In this document: positions 26,731 through 35,512 of the stretch, piece by piece | Layout of the letters: the number at the start of each line of letters is the position of its first letter | Position numbering within the stretch: the first letter of the stretch is position 1 | Assembly (NCBI GenBank): GCA_015056125.1 | Contig: SVGW01000003.1 | Location: forward strand, 353-64,352 | Source of the DNA: Clostridiales bacterium | GTDB taxonomy: Bacteria > Bacillota > Clostridia > Christensenellales > Aristaeellaceae | DNA: 64,000 nt | Reading direction: 5' to 3' | The notes under the pieces: model-generated | What the model saw: the letters and a program-made list of their open reading frames with translations, nothing else | What the model was told of the DNA's origin: nothing | The model's database searches: none | Program-made: the position numbers and the translations under genes

Positions 26731-27603
26731 ATGAAGGAATTTCCAAGGACAGAAGTGGCAGGCATCTCCCTGCCCCGTATGATCATCGGCACCAACTGGA
26801 TGCTGGGCTACAGTCACCGCACGGCTTCCGCAGATGATATGATCCGCGCCCGGTATTCTACCAAAGAAGCGGTATGCGAAACCCTGTGCGCCTATCTGAA
26901 ATATGGCATCGATGCTATGATGGCCCCTTTTGTGGATAACGAATGCCAGCCCAAGCAGGTGTTGATGGATGGCATCCACATGGCAGAGGAGAAAATGGGC
27001 AGGAAAATCATTCTGATCGATACCCCCAGCATTGATGTGAGCGATACGGAAGAGGGGAGAGCCAATGCCAGAAGGAAGATTGAGGCTGTGGCAAAGAATG
27101 GCGCCACCTTCTGCCTGATTCATCATGCGAGCGCAGAACAACTGGTATGCAAGCGCACCGCCACCATTGATCGGCTGCAGGATTACACAAAAATAATCCG
27201 CGAATATGGGATGATTCCCGGCCTTTCCGCTCATATGCCGGAATTAATCATCTATTCCGATGCTCATCCGGAATACGATGTGCAAACCTATATTCAGATC
27301 TATAACTGCATGGGCTTTTTGATGCAAGTGGAAATTGAAAACGTGCGCCGCATCATTGAAAATGCCAAGAAGCCTGTGATGACCATCAAATCCATGGCCG
27401 CTGGCCGCTGCACCCCCTATGTGGGCATTACTTTCTCCTACGCCTCTTTGCGGCCTCAGGATATGGTGACCATCGGCGCCCATACGCCTCGGGAAGTGCA
27501 TGAGGATGTGGAAATTGCCCTGGCCGCCATCGAGCGCCGCTATCCCAATATGGAAAAGCGCAATTCGCCCCAGCAAACCAAAATTCTGGGGGGGAATCAA
27601 TAA
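26731..27603 (+). CDS. Hypothetical protein (290 aa), divergent from the AraC regulator
   Basis: The start MKEFPRTEVAGISLPRMIIGTNW follows GGAGGGAGCAAAC. I recognise no family with confidence; it may be TIM-barrel-like. Confidence 0.55.
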   Translation: MKEFPRTEVAGISLPRMIIGTNWMLGYSHRTASADDMIRARYSTKEAVCETLCAYLKYGIDAMMAPFVDNECQPKQVLMDGIHMAEEKMGRKIILIDTPSIDVSDTEEGRANARRKIEAVAKNGATFCLIHHASAEQLVCKRTATIDRLQDYTKIIREYGMIPGLSAHMPELIIYSDAHPEYDVQTYIQIYNCMGFLMQVEIENVRRIIENAKKPVMTIKSMAAGRCTPYVGITFSYASLRPQDMVTIGAHTPREVHEDVEIALAAIERRYPNMEKRNSPQQTKILGGNQ

Positions 27604-27630
27604 AAAAATCGGAGCAGATTTGCTCCGGTT
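27602..27630. terminator. Bidirectional terminator-like hairpin
   Basis: The hairpin is AATCGGAGCA-GATT-TGCTCCGGTT, preceded by an A7 run that becomes a T-run on the minus strand. Confidence 0.55.
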
Positions 27631-27657
27631 CAGACCATTGACAAACCCCACAAACGC

Positions 27658-27687
27658 AAAAATGGCTGCAAGTATGCGGCCATTTTT
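27658..27687. terminator. Bidirectional terminator-like hairpin
   Basis: AAAAATGGC, a 12-nt loop, then GCCATTTTT. U-runs are available on both strands. Confidence 0.5.
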
Positions 27688-27817
27688 GCTTACTGTGTTG
27701 GCGTCGGCTGAAAAATGCAGTTACTTACGTTCATGTAAGCCCCCTTTTTTGCAGCCTCGCCGCCTTGAGTTGCAGGGTTTCTCTCAGTCTGCCAAATCAT
27801 TGACTTTGGAGAAGGGA

Positions 27818-28282
27818 TTATTCCCTGCGCTCATCATTGACCAGGTTTTTCAGCTCCTGCATAAAGGTGGGGATATCGGTAAAGGAGCGATAAACAGAGG
27901 CAAAGCGAATATAGGCTACTTCATCCAGCTTGCGCAATTCTTCCATCACCATTTCGCCAATTTTTCGGGTGGTGATTTCTTCTTGCAGGCTATTGTAGGC
28001 AACCTGCTCAATGGAGGAAACGATTTTTTCAATTTCGGCGGCAGATACGGGGCGCTTATGGCAGGCGGCAATAATGCCGCTGCGCACCTTTTTGGCATCA
28101 AAAAGCTCTCGGGAGTTATCCTTCTTGATTACGAGCAGCTGCTGTACTTCAATTTTTTCATATGTAGTGAATCGGCGGCCGCAATTGATGCATTCCCGGC
28201 GGCGACGAATAGAATTGCCGTCATCCGTGGGGCGGGAATCCACCACGCGGCTGTCGGCGCAATTGCAAAACTGACACTTCAT
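27818..28282 (-). CDS. nrdR: Transcriptional repressor NrdR
   Basis: The start MKCQFCNCADSRVVDSRP gives a zinc ribbon, followed by an ATP-cone; the protein is 154 aa. A TAGACA-17-TATAAT promoter lies upstream on the minus strand. Confidence 0.92.
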   Translation of the reverse strand: MKCQFCNCADSRVVDSRPTDDGNSIRRRRECINCGRRFTTYEKIEVQQLLVIKKDNSRELFDAKKVRSGIIAACHKRPVSAAEIEKIVSSIEQVAYNSLQEEITTRKIGEMVMEELRKLDEVAYIRFASVYRSFTDIPTFMQELKNLVNDERRE

Positions 28283-28400
28283 GGATACATCATCCTTCTC
28301 TTGCATGATCGGGTGGGTTTTATTATAACTTGTTCCACAGCATTTGTCTACTATTTTGAAGCAAATTTGTAAGAAAAATTTAACTATTTTAGGAAAGGAG

Positions 28401-28434
28401 AAAAAAAGAAAACCCCGCCGGATGGCGGGGCTTT
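28401..28434 (-). terminator. Intrinsic terminator after the zinc-ribbon gene
   Basis: On the minus strand the hairpin is AAGCCCCGCC-ATCC-GGCGGGGTTT followed by TCTTTTTTT. Confidence 0.85.
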
Positions 28435-28443
28435 GTGTCGTGC

Positions 28444-28725
28444 TTACTTGCGCTGCATCGCGGCGAAGCATTCGCTGCAGTACACGGGACGATCTTCCCG
28501 AGGCAGGAAAGGCACTTTCGTCTGGGCGCCGCAATTGGCACACACGGCATCGTGCATTTCGCGCGGGCCGTTGTTGTTCCGCGCAGCCTTGTGAGCCTGA
28601 CGGCATTCACGGCAGCGGGTGGGCTCATTCTGGAAGCCCTTTTCGGCGTAGAATTCCTGTTCACCGGCAGTGAATACGAATTCATTGCCACAGTCACGGC
28701 ATACCAGCGTCTTGTCCTGATACAT
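28444..28725 (-). CDS. Zinc-ribbon protein with two CxxC-x17-CxxC halves (93 aa)
   Basis: The start MYQDKTLVCRDCGNEFVFTAGEQEFYAEKGFQNEPTRCRECR follows AGGGGGAAC. The second half is CANCG...CSEC. The gene has its own promoter and its own terminator. Confidence 0.8.
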   Translation of the reverse strand: MYQDKTLVCRDCGNEFVFTAGEQEFYAEKGFQNEPTRCRECRQAHKAARNNNGPREMHDAVCANCGAQTKVPFLPREDRPVYCSECFAAMQRK

Positions 28726-28748
28726 TTGTTTGTTCCCCCTGATTAATA

Positions 28749-28968
28749 TGTTGGTTAGCGTCGGCTGACCTGGTCTTTGACCCCACACTCGCCGGCTGGA
28801 ACTTTGCTCTGCGCATTTGCGCCCTCACGCCATCCTCTCGCGCTTTTTGCGCGGCCGGGCTTACATCTAGACCGCACCATGCTCACCGATACTTTGATCG
28901 GCTTACGTGGACCGCTTTGCCTGCGACTGGCATCGGCTTGCAACCACAGACCCGATTTGCCAACCGCC
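28749..28968 (-). ncRNA. Unclassified structured RNA: long 5' leader of the zinc-ribbon gene or a co-transcribed ncRNA (about 220 nt)
   Basis: It lies directly downstream of a TTGCGT-17-TATAAT promoter. The 5' and 3' ends pair (GUUGG with CCAAC), and there are at least six local hairpins with A-rich loops. It has no credible ORF and no terminator before the RBS at about 28735. Confidence 0.45.
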
Positions 28969-28971
28969 GTC

Positions 28972-29000
28972 ATTATAGCCCCTTTTTGCAAGAAACGCAA
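28972..29000 (-). promoter_or_regulatory. Sigma-A-type promoter driving the structured RNA and zinc-ribbon gene
   Basis: On the minus strand, TTGCGT (28995-29000) is separated by 17 nt from TATAAT (28972-28977). Confidence 0.65.
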
Positions 29001-29074
29001 GTAGGTTTCTTGAAAAATTGCGGCTTTTCCAGAAAAAATTGTAAAATAATACTGGAATGAAGGGCGGCGGGCCA

Positions 29075-29932
29075 TTATAGCGCGGCCAGCAGCGCTTCAT
29101 AGGCGGCGCGGCAGCCGACTTGGGCGCATTCATGGGGAGAGCAGCCCTTTAGCAGCGCCATCGTAATCCCTGCGCAAAGGGCATCGCCGGCACCGGTTAG
29201 GGGAATGGCGGGCAAGGAAAGGGCGGGGGATATGCCAACGGAATTTGCATCCGCAAAGCATACGCCCTGAGCGCCCTTGGAGATAAATACATTCTTCACC
29301 CCGGCCTTCACCAGCGCCCGGGCGGCTTTTTCTGCTTCCTGCTCCCCCGTCATCATTTGGGCTTCCAGCAGATTGGGCTTGATGGCGGTGAGATAGGGGA
29401 GAATGGATGTTGCTCTGGGTGCCTTGGTGCAGCTGACAGGATCCAGAATCAGGGGCACGGCAGCGTGACGGGCGATATAGAGCAGGGTTTCGGGGGCAAG
29501 ATTGGCATCCAATACACAGGCGTTCGATTGATTGATGAAAGCCATTTTTTCTTCCATCACCTGCGGGGTAATGGCATCCACTGCCGTCATATCGCTGACG
29601 GCCAGGGCCATATCCCCCTTTTCATCATGAATGCATAAATAGGTGGGGGTGGGGGCGTTGGTTTTCAGCGAAAGGGAAAGATCGATTCCGCTTTGCAGGC
29701 AGAAAGAGGAAAGCAAGGGCTCCCGTTCATCGCTGCCAAGGGCGGTGATGAAAAATACCTCCGCGCCCATGGCCGCAAGGCGTGCGGCAATATTGCGTCC
29801 CACTCCGCCGGGCCGCAGGGTGATCTTGCCGGGATTGGAATCCTTTTCAATCAGCGGCGCGTTGGGGAATGCCAATAGATCCAGGTTCATGCCCCCGACC
29901 ACGGTGATTTTTCTGGTGCTGTTAGGCGTCAT
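29075..29932 (-). CDS. PfkB-family carbohydrate kinase, pseudouridine kinase (YeiC/PsuK)-like
   Basis: DSNPGKITLRPGGVGRNIA and LTGAGDA motifs are present. The start is taken at MTPNSTRKITVVGG (AGGAA is 11 nt upstream); an alternative start is at 29956. Confidence 0.7.
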   Translation of the reverse strand: MTPNSTRKITVVGGMNLDLLAFPNAPLIEKDSNPGKITLRPGGVGRNIAARLAAMGAEVFFITALGSDEREPLLSSFCLQSGIDLSLSLKTNAPTPTYLCIHDEKGDMALAVSDMTAVDAITPQVMEEKMAFINQSNACVLDANLAPETLLYIARHAAVPLILDPVSCTKAPRATSILPYLTAIKPNLLEAQMMTGEQEAEKAARALVKAGVKNVFISKGAQGVCFADANSVGISPALSLPAIPLTGAGDALCAGITMALLKGCSPHECAQVGCRAAYEALLAAL

Positions 29933-30134
29933 GATCCATGATTCCTGCGGCTTCATCCAGCTTTTTCAGCACTTCATCCATTTTCACCACGTCGGCGCGG
30001 ATGGAAAGATCGGCCTTTTCGTCCAAGGTTTCTTGGGCTTCATCCCGCACGTCCTCCAAATCGGCCATCAGCTCATACAGGCCTTCCAGAATTTCTTTCA
30101 TCGCCTTTCGATAGGCGTAATTTTCCTGTTTCAT
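29922..30134 (-). CDS. Small acidic coiled-coil hypothetical protein (70 aa)
   Basis: The ORF overlaps the kinase start by 11 nt and starts 20 nt after the upstream gene's stop. The composition is helical and acidic. Confidence 0.45.
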   Translation of the reverse strand: MKQENYAYRKAMKEILEGLYELMADLEDVRDEAQETLDEKADLSIRADVVKMDEVLKKLDEAAGIMDHDA

Positions 30135-30154
30135 GGATATACACTCCTTTTAGC

Positions 30155-32290
30155 TTACAGCAGCCTTTCGCCGGTTTGAGCGTCAAATACGGCAGTGGTG
30201 AGGGCGGGGAGATCGGCCATAAAAGTTTTTCCGTTTCGCAGGGTGATTTCTTGCTTACAGCCATTGCAGGTGTTGATCACGATCATGCTGGCATCGGCCA
30301 GGATGGCATCGCCGTTTTCCCCGTAGATATGGACGCCGGCTTCCTTGAGAATGGCCCGCACCCAATCCTTGGTGAAGGTGGGCAGCGCAAAATACCATGC
30401 ATTGCCCTTCCTGGCAGCGCAGCAATTTCCGCTCTTTTCATAGAAGGCCAGGGGCTGCGCTTCTTCATCCGCTACGCAGAAGCAGGGGGAGATCAGGCCG
30501 GCGGCCCGCTTGTCCAATTCGGCCTTATCTGCCGGGAGAAAACCACCCTTGGATACCATGGGGCTGTATTCTTTTTCTTTTTCCACGCGAATGCAGGTCG
30601 CCTGCTGAATATGAGCGGCATCCAGCTTTTGGCCATCGGAATATCCGGCTGCGTAGAAGTAGATAACCTGCTTATCCCCAGTGAGCGCTTTGATTTCTTC
30701 CAGCTGTTCCTTGGAAAGCTGCCAGGCATTGGCAAAAATGATGCAGCGATAGCGGCTCAGTTCCGCCTTTTTCAGATCGCATAGATAAATGCAGTCAAAG
30801 GCGGCGCCGCTGCGGGTGAGGGCATCCTGCACCTGGAATTGCTGATCTACGCAATGGGCATGGGCAAAGTGGGAAGCGGTATCATACACCACCAGCACAT
30901 CGGCAACGGGCGCATAGGGCTTTTCTTCCCGCTTTTCGGCGATACGCTGAATTTTTCCGATTTCATCCATGAGCACAGGGTGATCCCACCAGCCCTTTTT
31001 ATAAAAGATGCTGCCCTCCATGGAGCCTGCGCTGTCCAGCTTAATGACGTGGGGCACAATACGATGATCATAATACCAATAGCCCATGCCGCCCATGAGC
31101 GGAAGCAGGCAATTACGGCGCAGCATGGCGAAGGTTTCAGGATAATGAGCGGGATCGCCGCCTGGGCGGAAGGAGGTGGTGCCCACGGGGTGCTGGTCCA
31201 TTTCAGTGAGCCACAGGGCATGGTTCAAGCGCATGGATTCAAGGAGCCCTCGGGACATGGGCGCGCCTTCCGGCAGGCGGTTATTCATATAGGGGAAGGG
31301 GGCGCACAGGCAATCCACCAGCCCAGGCTCTTTGAAAATCAGATCGGGGCGCAGATGGCCTTCAATGGGGGCGGCATCTCCATTGGCAGAACCCATATAA
31401 TAACCATAGAAGGAACCGGCCAGAATGGGCCAGGGCCAGGTTTCCTTGATAATGCGGCAGAAGTGCAGGATAGCTTCCGGCGGGGTCATCTGGATGGCCA
31501 TCTGAGCGTCCATAATATTGCGGGATTTTACGGGGTCGCGGAAAATGCCTTCATCTCCGGGTTGGGCGAAATTAGGCTGGAAAGGAGCGGTTTCAAGGGT
31601 CACATCATTTCTGCCCCAGGCCTTTTGCAGGTTTTCATCCGTGCCGTAGGTTTCCTTTAAGTATTCCCGGAAGCGCTTTTCCATGCAGGGGCCGTCATCG
31701 TTGCCCCACTGATGCCATTCGCCAAATATACCGCAGGCCACCTGAATGCCCAGAAGATGCTCAGCCTCGGGGGTTTTACTCAGCTGTTCACAAAGCAGCT
31801 TAAGCATTTCGCCTGCCTCTTTGATCCATAATTTGGAGCCCAGGCATACCCGCAGCCTTCCTCGAGCCCCTCCAAAACCAGTGCCGTCATCCCGAATCAT
31901 GCGCACAGGCTCGCCGTCGTCAATGCCGGGGGCGCCATTATACCAGGCCGTTTCCTCGGGATGATCCCGCAGCCACCAATAAGGGGGATTCATATGCAGG
32001 CGAAGCAGCACCATGGAATCTGGATCGGCGTCCAGAACGCCGGCGATTTCTGCCTGAATGGGCTCCACATCAAAGGGCGTGAATTTGTGCCAGGCATAGG
32101 AAAGATTGGTATCGGCTGTTACCATCCTTACGCCCTGGGCGGCAAAATTGGCGATATTGCGCTGTGCCTGGGCCGTGTTGCTCTTGGCGGCGGGGAAATC
32201 GCTGAGACCGTAAATTACAGGGGGCAGCTGCTTTTCGTTTACCATCAGGGCAGGCCTGCCTTCTTTATACTCGATGCGGATATTTTTCAT
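30155..32290 (-). CDS. Putative glycoside hydrolase (GH42-like TIM barrel plus C-terminal domains), function uncertain
   Basis: The start MKNIRIEYKEGRPALMVNEK follows AGGAGG. At 711 aa it has no signal peptide. The layout resembles GH42/GHL-type enzymes, but the family was not verified. Confidence 0.45.
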   Translation of the reverse strand: MKNIRIEYKEGRPALMVNEKQLPPVIYGLSDFPAAKSNTAQAQRNIANFAAQGVRMVTADTNLSYAWHKFTPFDVEPIQAEIAGVLDADPDSMVLLRLHMNPPYWWLRDHPEETAWYNGAPGIDDGEPVRMIRDDGTGFGGARGRLRVCLGSKLWIKEAGEMLKLLCEQLSKTPEAEHLLGIQVACGIFGEWHQWGNDDGPCMEKRFREYLKETYGTDENLQKAWGRNDVTLETAPFQPNFAQPGDEGIFRDPVKSRNIMDAQMAIQMTPPEAILHFCRIIKETWPWPILAGSFYGYYMGSANGDAAPIEGHLRPDLIFKEPGLVDCLCAPFPYMNNRLPEGAPMSRGLLESMRLNHALWLTEMDQHPVGTTSFRPGGDPAHYPETFAMLRRNCLLPLMGGMGYWYYDHRIVPHVIKLDSAGSMEGSIFYKKGWWDHPVLMDEIGKIQRIAEKREEKPYAPVADVLVVYDTASHFAHAHCVDQQFQVQDALTRSGAAFDCIYLCDLKKAELSRYRCIIFANAWQLSKEQLEEIKALTGDKQVIYFYAAGYSDGQKLDAAHIQQATCIRVEKEKEYSPMVSKGGFLPADKAELDKRAAGLISPCFCVADEEAQPLAFYEKSGNCCAARKGNAWYFALPTFTKDWVRAILKEAGVHIYGENGDAILADASMIVINTCNGCKQEITLRNGKTFMADLPALTTAVFDAQTGERLL

Positions 32291-32405
32291 GGTGATACCT
32301 CCTATGGCGATATACAAAGTGGATAGATATATTATGGCCAATAAAGGGGCGAATGTCAATTCGTTTTCCCCAAAAAGGAACGACCGGAATCGTCCCTTTC
32401 CTATA

Positions 32406-33431
32406 TTACAGAATCAGCATGCAATCGCCGAAGGAGAAGAAACGGTATTCCTTTTCCACGGCCTCCCTATAGGATGCCAAGGCCTCATCCTTGCCCATCA
32501 GGGCGGATACCAGCATCAGCAGGGTGCTTTCAGGCAAATGAAAATTGGTCATAAGCACGTCAGTGGCTTTCAGTTTGACCCCGGGAGTGATAAAAATATT
32601 GGTCATTCCCATGCCGGGGTGCACAATGCCCTGGTCATCCGCCGCGGTTTCCAGGGTGCGCACGGAGGTGGTGCCAATGCATACAACGCGGCCGCCACTG
32701 GCCCTGGCAGCATTGATTTTTTCTGCTGCTTCCGGGGTGACTTCGTAATATTCAGAATGCATCACATGCTCGGATACGTCCTCGGCCTTTACAGGGCGGA
32801 AGGTGCCAAGGCCCACATGGAGCAAAACCGGCACGATTTCAATGCCTTTTTCCCGGATGCGCTCCATTACTTCTGGGGTGAAATGCAGCCCGGCGGTGGG
32901 GGCGGCAGCGCTGCCCTCCTGCTTGGCATAGATGGTTTGATACTGGGTGGGGTCCTCCAATTTTTCATGAATGTAGGGCGGAAGGGGCATTTCGCCCAGG
33001 CGATCCAAAAGCTCCTCAAAGATGCCTTCATAAATGAAGCGCACGATGCGGCCGCCGGCGTCGGTGGTATCCCCAATTTCGGCCCGGAGAAGCCCATCCC
33101 CAAAGGAAACGGTGACGCCCTTTTTCAGCCGCCGGCCGGGACGCACAAGCGTTTCCCAATGATCCTTATCCACCCGCTTGAGCAAAAGCACTTCTACCGG
33201 CACATGGGTATCTTCCTTTTCGCCAAGAAGCCGGGCGGGGATCACCTTGGTCTGGTTAATTACCATCACATCCCCGGGCCGGAGATAATCGGGCAGATCC
33301 CGGAAGATTTTATCTTCGTGCAGGCCGCTTTCCCTGTGAATTACCATCATCCGTGCCGCGTCCCGGGGGATCATGGGGGTTTGCGCGATGAGGCGCTCGG
33401 GAAGATCGTAGTAAAAATCTGACGTTTTCAT
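32406..33431 (-). CDS. queA: S-adenosylmethionine:tRNA ribosyltransferase-isomerase
   Basis: The start [19 protein letters not shown] follows AAGAGGA; this is the canonical QueA N-terminus, and the protein is 341 aa. Confidence 0.92.
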   Translation of the reverse strand: MKTSDFYYDLPERLIAQTPMIPRDAARMMVIHRESGLHEDKIFRDLPDYLRPGDVMVINQTKVIPARLLGEKEDTHVPVEVLLLKRVDKDHWETLVRPGRRLKKGVTVSFGDGLLRAEIGDTTDAGGRIVRFIYEGIFEELLDRLGEMPLPPYIHEKLEDPTQYQTIYAKQEGSAAAPTAGLHFTPEVMERIREKGIEIVPVLLHVGLGTFRPVKAEDVSEHVMHSEYYEVTPEAAEKINAARASGGRVVCIGTTSVRTLETAADDQGIVHPGMGMTNIFITPGVKLKATDVLMTNFHLPESTLLMLVSALMGKDEALASYREAVEKEYRFFSFGDCMLIL

Positions 33432-33576
33432 TTGCAAAATCCTCTTATATTCATCTGGGATCAATTGCTGAATAAAGATCATCCAGAAATGATCCCATTC
33501 GGTTTTCTTGGAGGGGGTGCGGGGGAACCGTTCTTTAACCTTCAAAGAACGGTTCCCCCGCCTTATTACTTCCATG

Positions 33577-34668
33577 TTACACGCCTAGGCCTTTGGCTAC
33601 GTTGACCACGAAATCCTGCACGTTGGTGACGATGGTGCGGGCGCTGAGGCTGCCCCGATCACCCAATTTATTGACAGCAAATTCGGAAATATCCACGCTG
33701 TAGAAATACACCTGGCGGATTGAGCCATCCGGCATCACCCGGAAGGAAGGCGTCATATTCCCGGTGGCGATGGCGTGGAGGGTGGTGGCCATACAAATGA
33801 CGGTGGTAGCCTTGCGGATCTGATTGCGCATGGCATCCTGGGCGGCATATACATCGGCATGCACTTCAGGCAGCGGCCCGTCATCCCGGATGGAACCGGC
33901 CAGCACGAAGGGTACCTGCTTTTTTACGCAGGCATGAATGATGCCATCCTGAATCCCTTCACCCTCAATAAAGGCAGGGATGGAGCCATAGGCGCGAACC
34001 CGATTGATGGTATCGATATGATGATAATGGCCCATGGGATAGCTTTGCTGCGTATAGATATCCTGGCCCAGGGCGGTGCGCTTGTAGGCGCCTTCTAAAT
34101 CATGGGTGGCCAGAGCATTCCCGGCCAGCACGCCGTGCACGAAGCCATTTTGAACCAATCTGGCAAAGGCAGCCCTGGAATCGGAATCAAAGGCTACGGC
34201 AGGGCCCAGCACCCATACGATGTGGCCATGCTCTTTTTCGTGGCGCAAAAGCTCGTAGAGGTGATCGTAATCCCGGGAGAAAGCCGTTTCCCGGGAACGG
34301 CCCTGGCGGAAGGAGAAGGTGTCCTTTTCCTGGACGGATGGGGAAACAAAGCCCTGGGTGTGCACAAAAATCCCTTGGCTGCCGTCCTCTTTGCGGCCAA
34401 CAAATACCAGATCGCCCGCTTTCAGATGGCGAAATTCCTTGATCTGCACCTGTGCTCCATCCCATACGGCCACGCAGTCCATCCGGCTTTCTTTGGCCAG
34501 ATGCCATTCGCCGTTTACCTTAAAGTATTCGGGGAAAATGGTGGTGGCGTGATAATTCTCAGGGGCAACGAAGTCTTTTTCTACGCGCACAAGAGAGGCG
34601 TTGGGCGCAGAAGCGAACGCAGCAATGGAAAAATCCGGATGATGGTAGGGGAGAAGCTGAAACAGCAT
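33577..34668 (-). CDS. LOR/SDH-domain (TIGR00300-like) enzyme, putative ornithine cyclodeaminase-type
   Basis: The ORF is 363 aa. [22 protein letters not shown] and [13 protein letters not shown] recall the TIGR00300 family. The functional assignment comes from memory of that family, not from a search. Confidence 0.5.
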   Translation of the reverse strand: MLFQLLPYHHPDFSIAAFASAPNASLVRVEKDFVAPENYHATTIFPEYFKVNGEWHLAKESRMDCVAVWDGAQVQIKEFRHLKAGDLVFVGRKEDGSQGIFVHTQGFVSPSVQEKDTFSFRQGRSRETAFSRDYDHLYELLRHEKEHGHIVWVLGPAVAFDSDSRAAFARLVQNGFVHGVLAGNALATHDLEGAYKRTALGQDIYTQQSYPMGHYHHIDTINRVRAYGSIPAFIEGEGIQDGIIHACVKKQVPFVLAGSIRDDGPLPEVHADVYAAQDAMRNQIRKATTVICMATTLHAIATGNMTPSFRVMPDGSIRQVYFYSVDISEFAVNKLGDRGSLSARTIVTNVQDFVVNVAKGLGV

Positions 34669-34683
34669 ATAATTCCCTTCCTT

Positions 34684-35175
34684 TCAGGGATTTTCTTTGG
34701 AATACTGATAAGCGATCCGGGGAGAACCATCCTGCACATAGATAATGCCGCAGCGCTTGAAGCCGTGCTTTTCTACTACGTGCTGCATGGTTTTATTATC
34801 GTGGTGCGTATCGATGCGAATCTCATCCATCTGCGACAGGGCATAGGCAAAGCATTTGGTGAAAATCCCTTTGGTCTGCCCGTCGGAGGCGATTCGATGG
34901 ATGGTGCCATAGGGCTTATCATGGGGCCATTTTCCATCTTCAATATACGCATAGGTGGGATCGTCGCCCACAATAAAGGCGAATACGCCTCGGATCACGC
35001 CCTCTTCTTCGCACACAAACAGCTCGCCCTTTTCGATATCGCTTACCAAAAGGTCGTGCTTGGGATAGATATTTCCCCACTGGGATGGGTTGCCGGTGCG
35101 GGCCATATAGCCCCGGGCCACGGCATAAACCGCCTCAATGGCGGGCAGATCGCATTTTTGTGCAGGTCGGATCAC
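34684..35175 (-). CDS. GNAT-family N-acetyltransferase (163 aa)
   Basis: The GTG start at 35173-35175 (VIRPAQKCDLPAIEAVY) is 9 nt after GAGGAG. The GNAT core is HRIASDG...GIFTKCF...HDNKTMQHVVEKHGFKRCG. The longer ORF to 35253 lacks an RBS. Confidence 0.75.
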   Translation of the reverse strand: MIRPAQKCDLPAIEAVYAVARGYMARTGNPSQWGNIYPKHDLLVSDIEKGELFVCEEEGVIRGVFAFIVGDDPTYAYIEDGKWPHDKPYGTIHRIASDGQTKGIFTKCFAYALSQMDEIRIDTHHDNKTMQHVVEKHGFKRCGIIYVQDGSPRIAYQYSKENP

Positions 35176-35188
35176 GGTTAGACACTCC

Positions 35189-35500
35189 TCAAAAAGTAAT
35201 CTTTGGATAATCCTTCCATTCCGGCGGAATATCCGAATCCACGGATTGGGCAAAAGGAATGACTTTTGCTTCTTTCGTTTCTTTTTTTCTGTTCAACCAA
35301 TCAATGAAATCTGTTTCATTAAAGCGAACGATCATATATTCTTTTCCTGAAGCATCCTTTACCTTTTTCAGAAAAGGGGATTTTGGCTGTTCGATTTCAT
35401 TTCTGAAACGCCGGGCCAGCTTTTTCAGGTGCTGCGCTACTGCGTCCGGCGCCTGGCAAAGGAGCGGAAAACTGTCTGCGCTCAAGACGATATATTGCAT
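35189..35500 (-). CDS. Hypothetical protein (103 aa)
   Basis: The ORF lies between ruvB and the GNAT gene, with gaps of 12-13 nt on both sides. I recognise no family. Confidence 0.5.
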   Translation of the reverse strand: MQYIVLSADSFPLLCQAPDAVAQHLKKLARRFRNEIEQPKSPFLKKVKDASGKEYMIVRFNETDFIDWLNRKKETKEAKVIPFAQSVDSDIPPEWKDYPKITF

Positions 35501-35512
35501 GAATAGCCTTTC

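Noticed and set aside
27694-27710. The shared motif (TGTTGG..GCGTCGGCTGA) between the nrdR-downstream element and the 28749-28968 RNA, taken as evidence of paralogy.
   Set aside because: Only about 17 matching positions exist, with an indel. My rough estimate is that such a match is expected on the order of once by chance in a 64-kb window on two strands, and the rest of the two elements does not align.
27640-27760. Small ORFs in the nrdR-downstream spacer: a 36-aa minus-strand ORF (MIWQTERNPATQ...) and a plus-strand ORF with a signal-like start (MAASMRPFLLTVLASA...).
   Set aside because: Neither has a Shine-Dalgarno sequence. The plus-strand one is merely the start of a long antisense shadow ORF through nrdR.
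28749-28968. The structured RNA as SRP RNA, 6S RNA, a cobalamin riboswitch or tmRNA/RNase P.
   Set aside because: It has no SRP domain IV motif (GGAA/AGCA, GUCCGGAAGGAAGCAGC) and no B12 box or GCCACUG. The multi-hairpin junction layout is unlike the 6S rod with a central bubble. It is too short, and lacks the signature blocks, for RNase P or tmRNA. It remains unclassified rather than assigned.
34684-35500. A GNAT toxin/antitoxin (TacT/TacA-like) module.
   Set aside because: The GNAT resembles common housekeeping-type acetyltransferases (YvbK-like core). The upstream 103-aa protein shows no RHH/DUF1778-like N-terminus. The pair sits inside a housekeeping operon context. I kept it only as a low-interest note.
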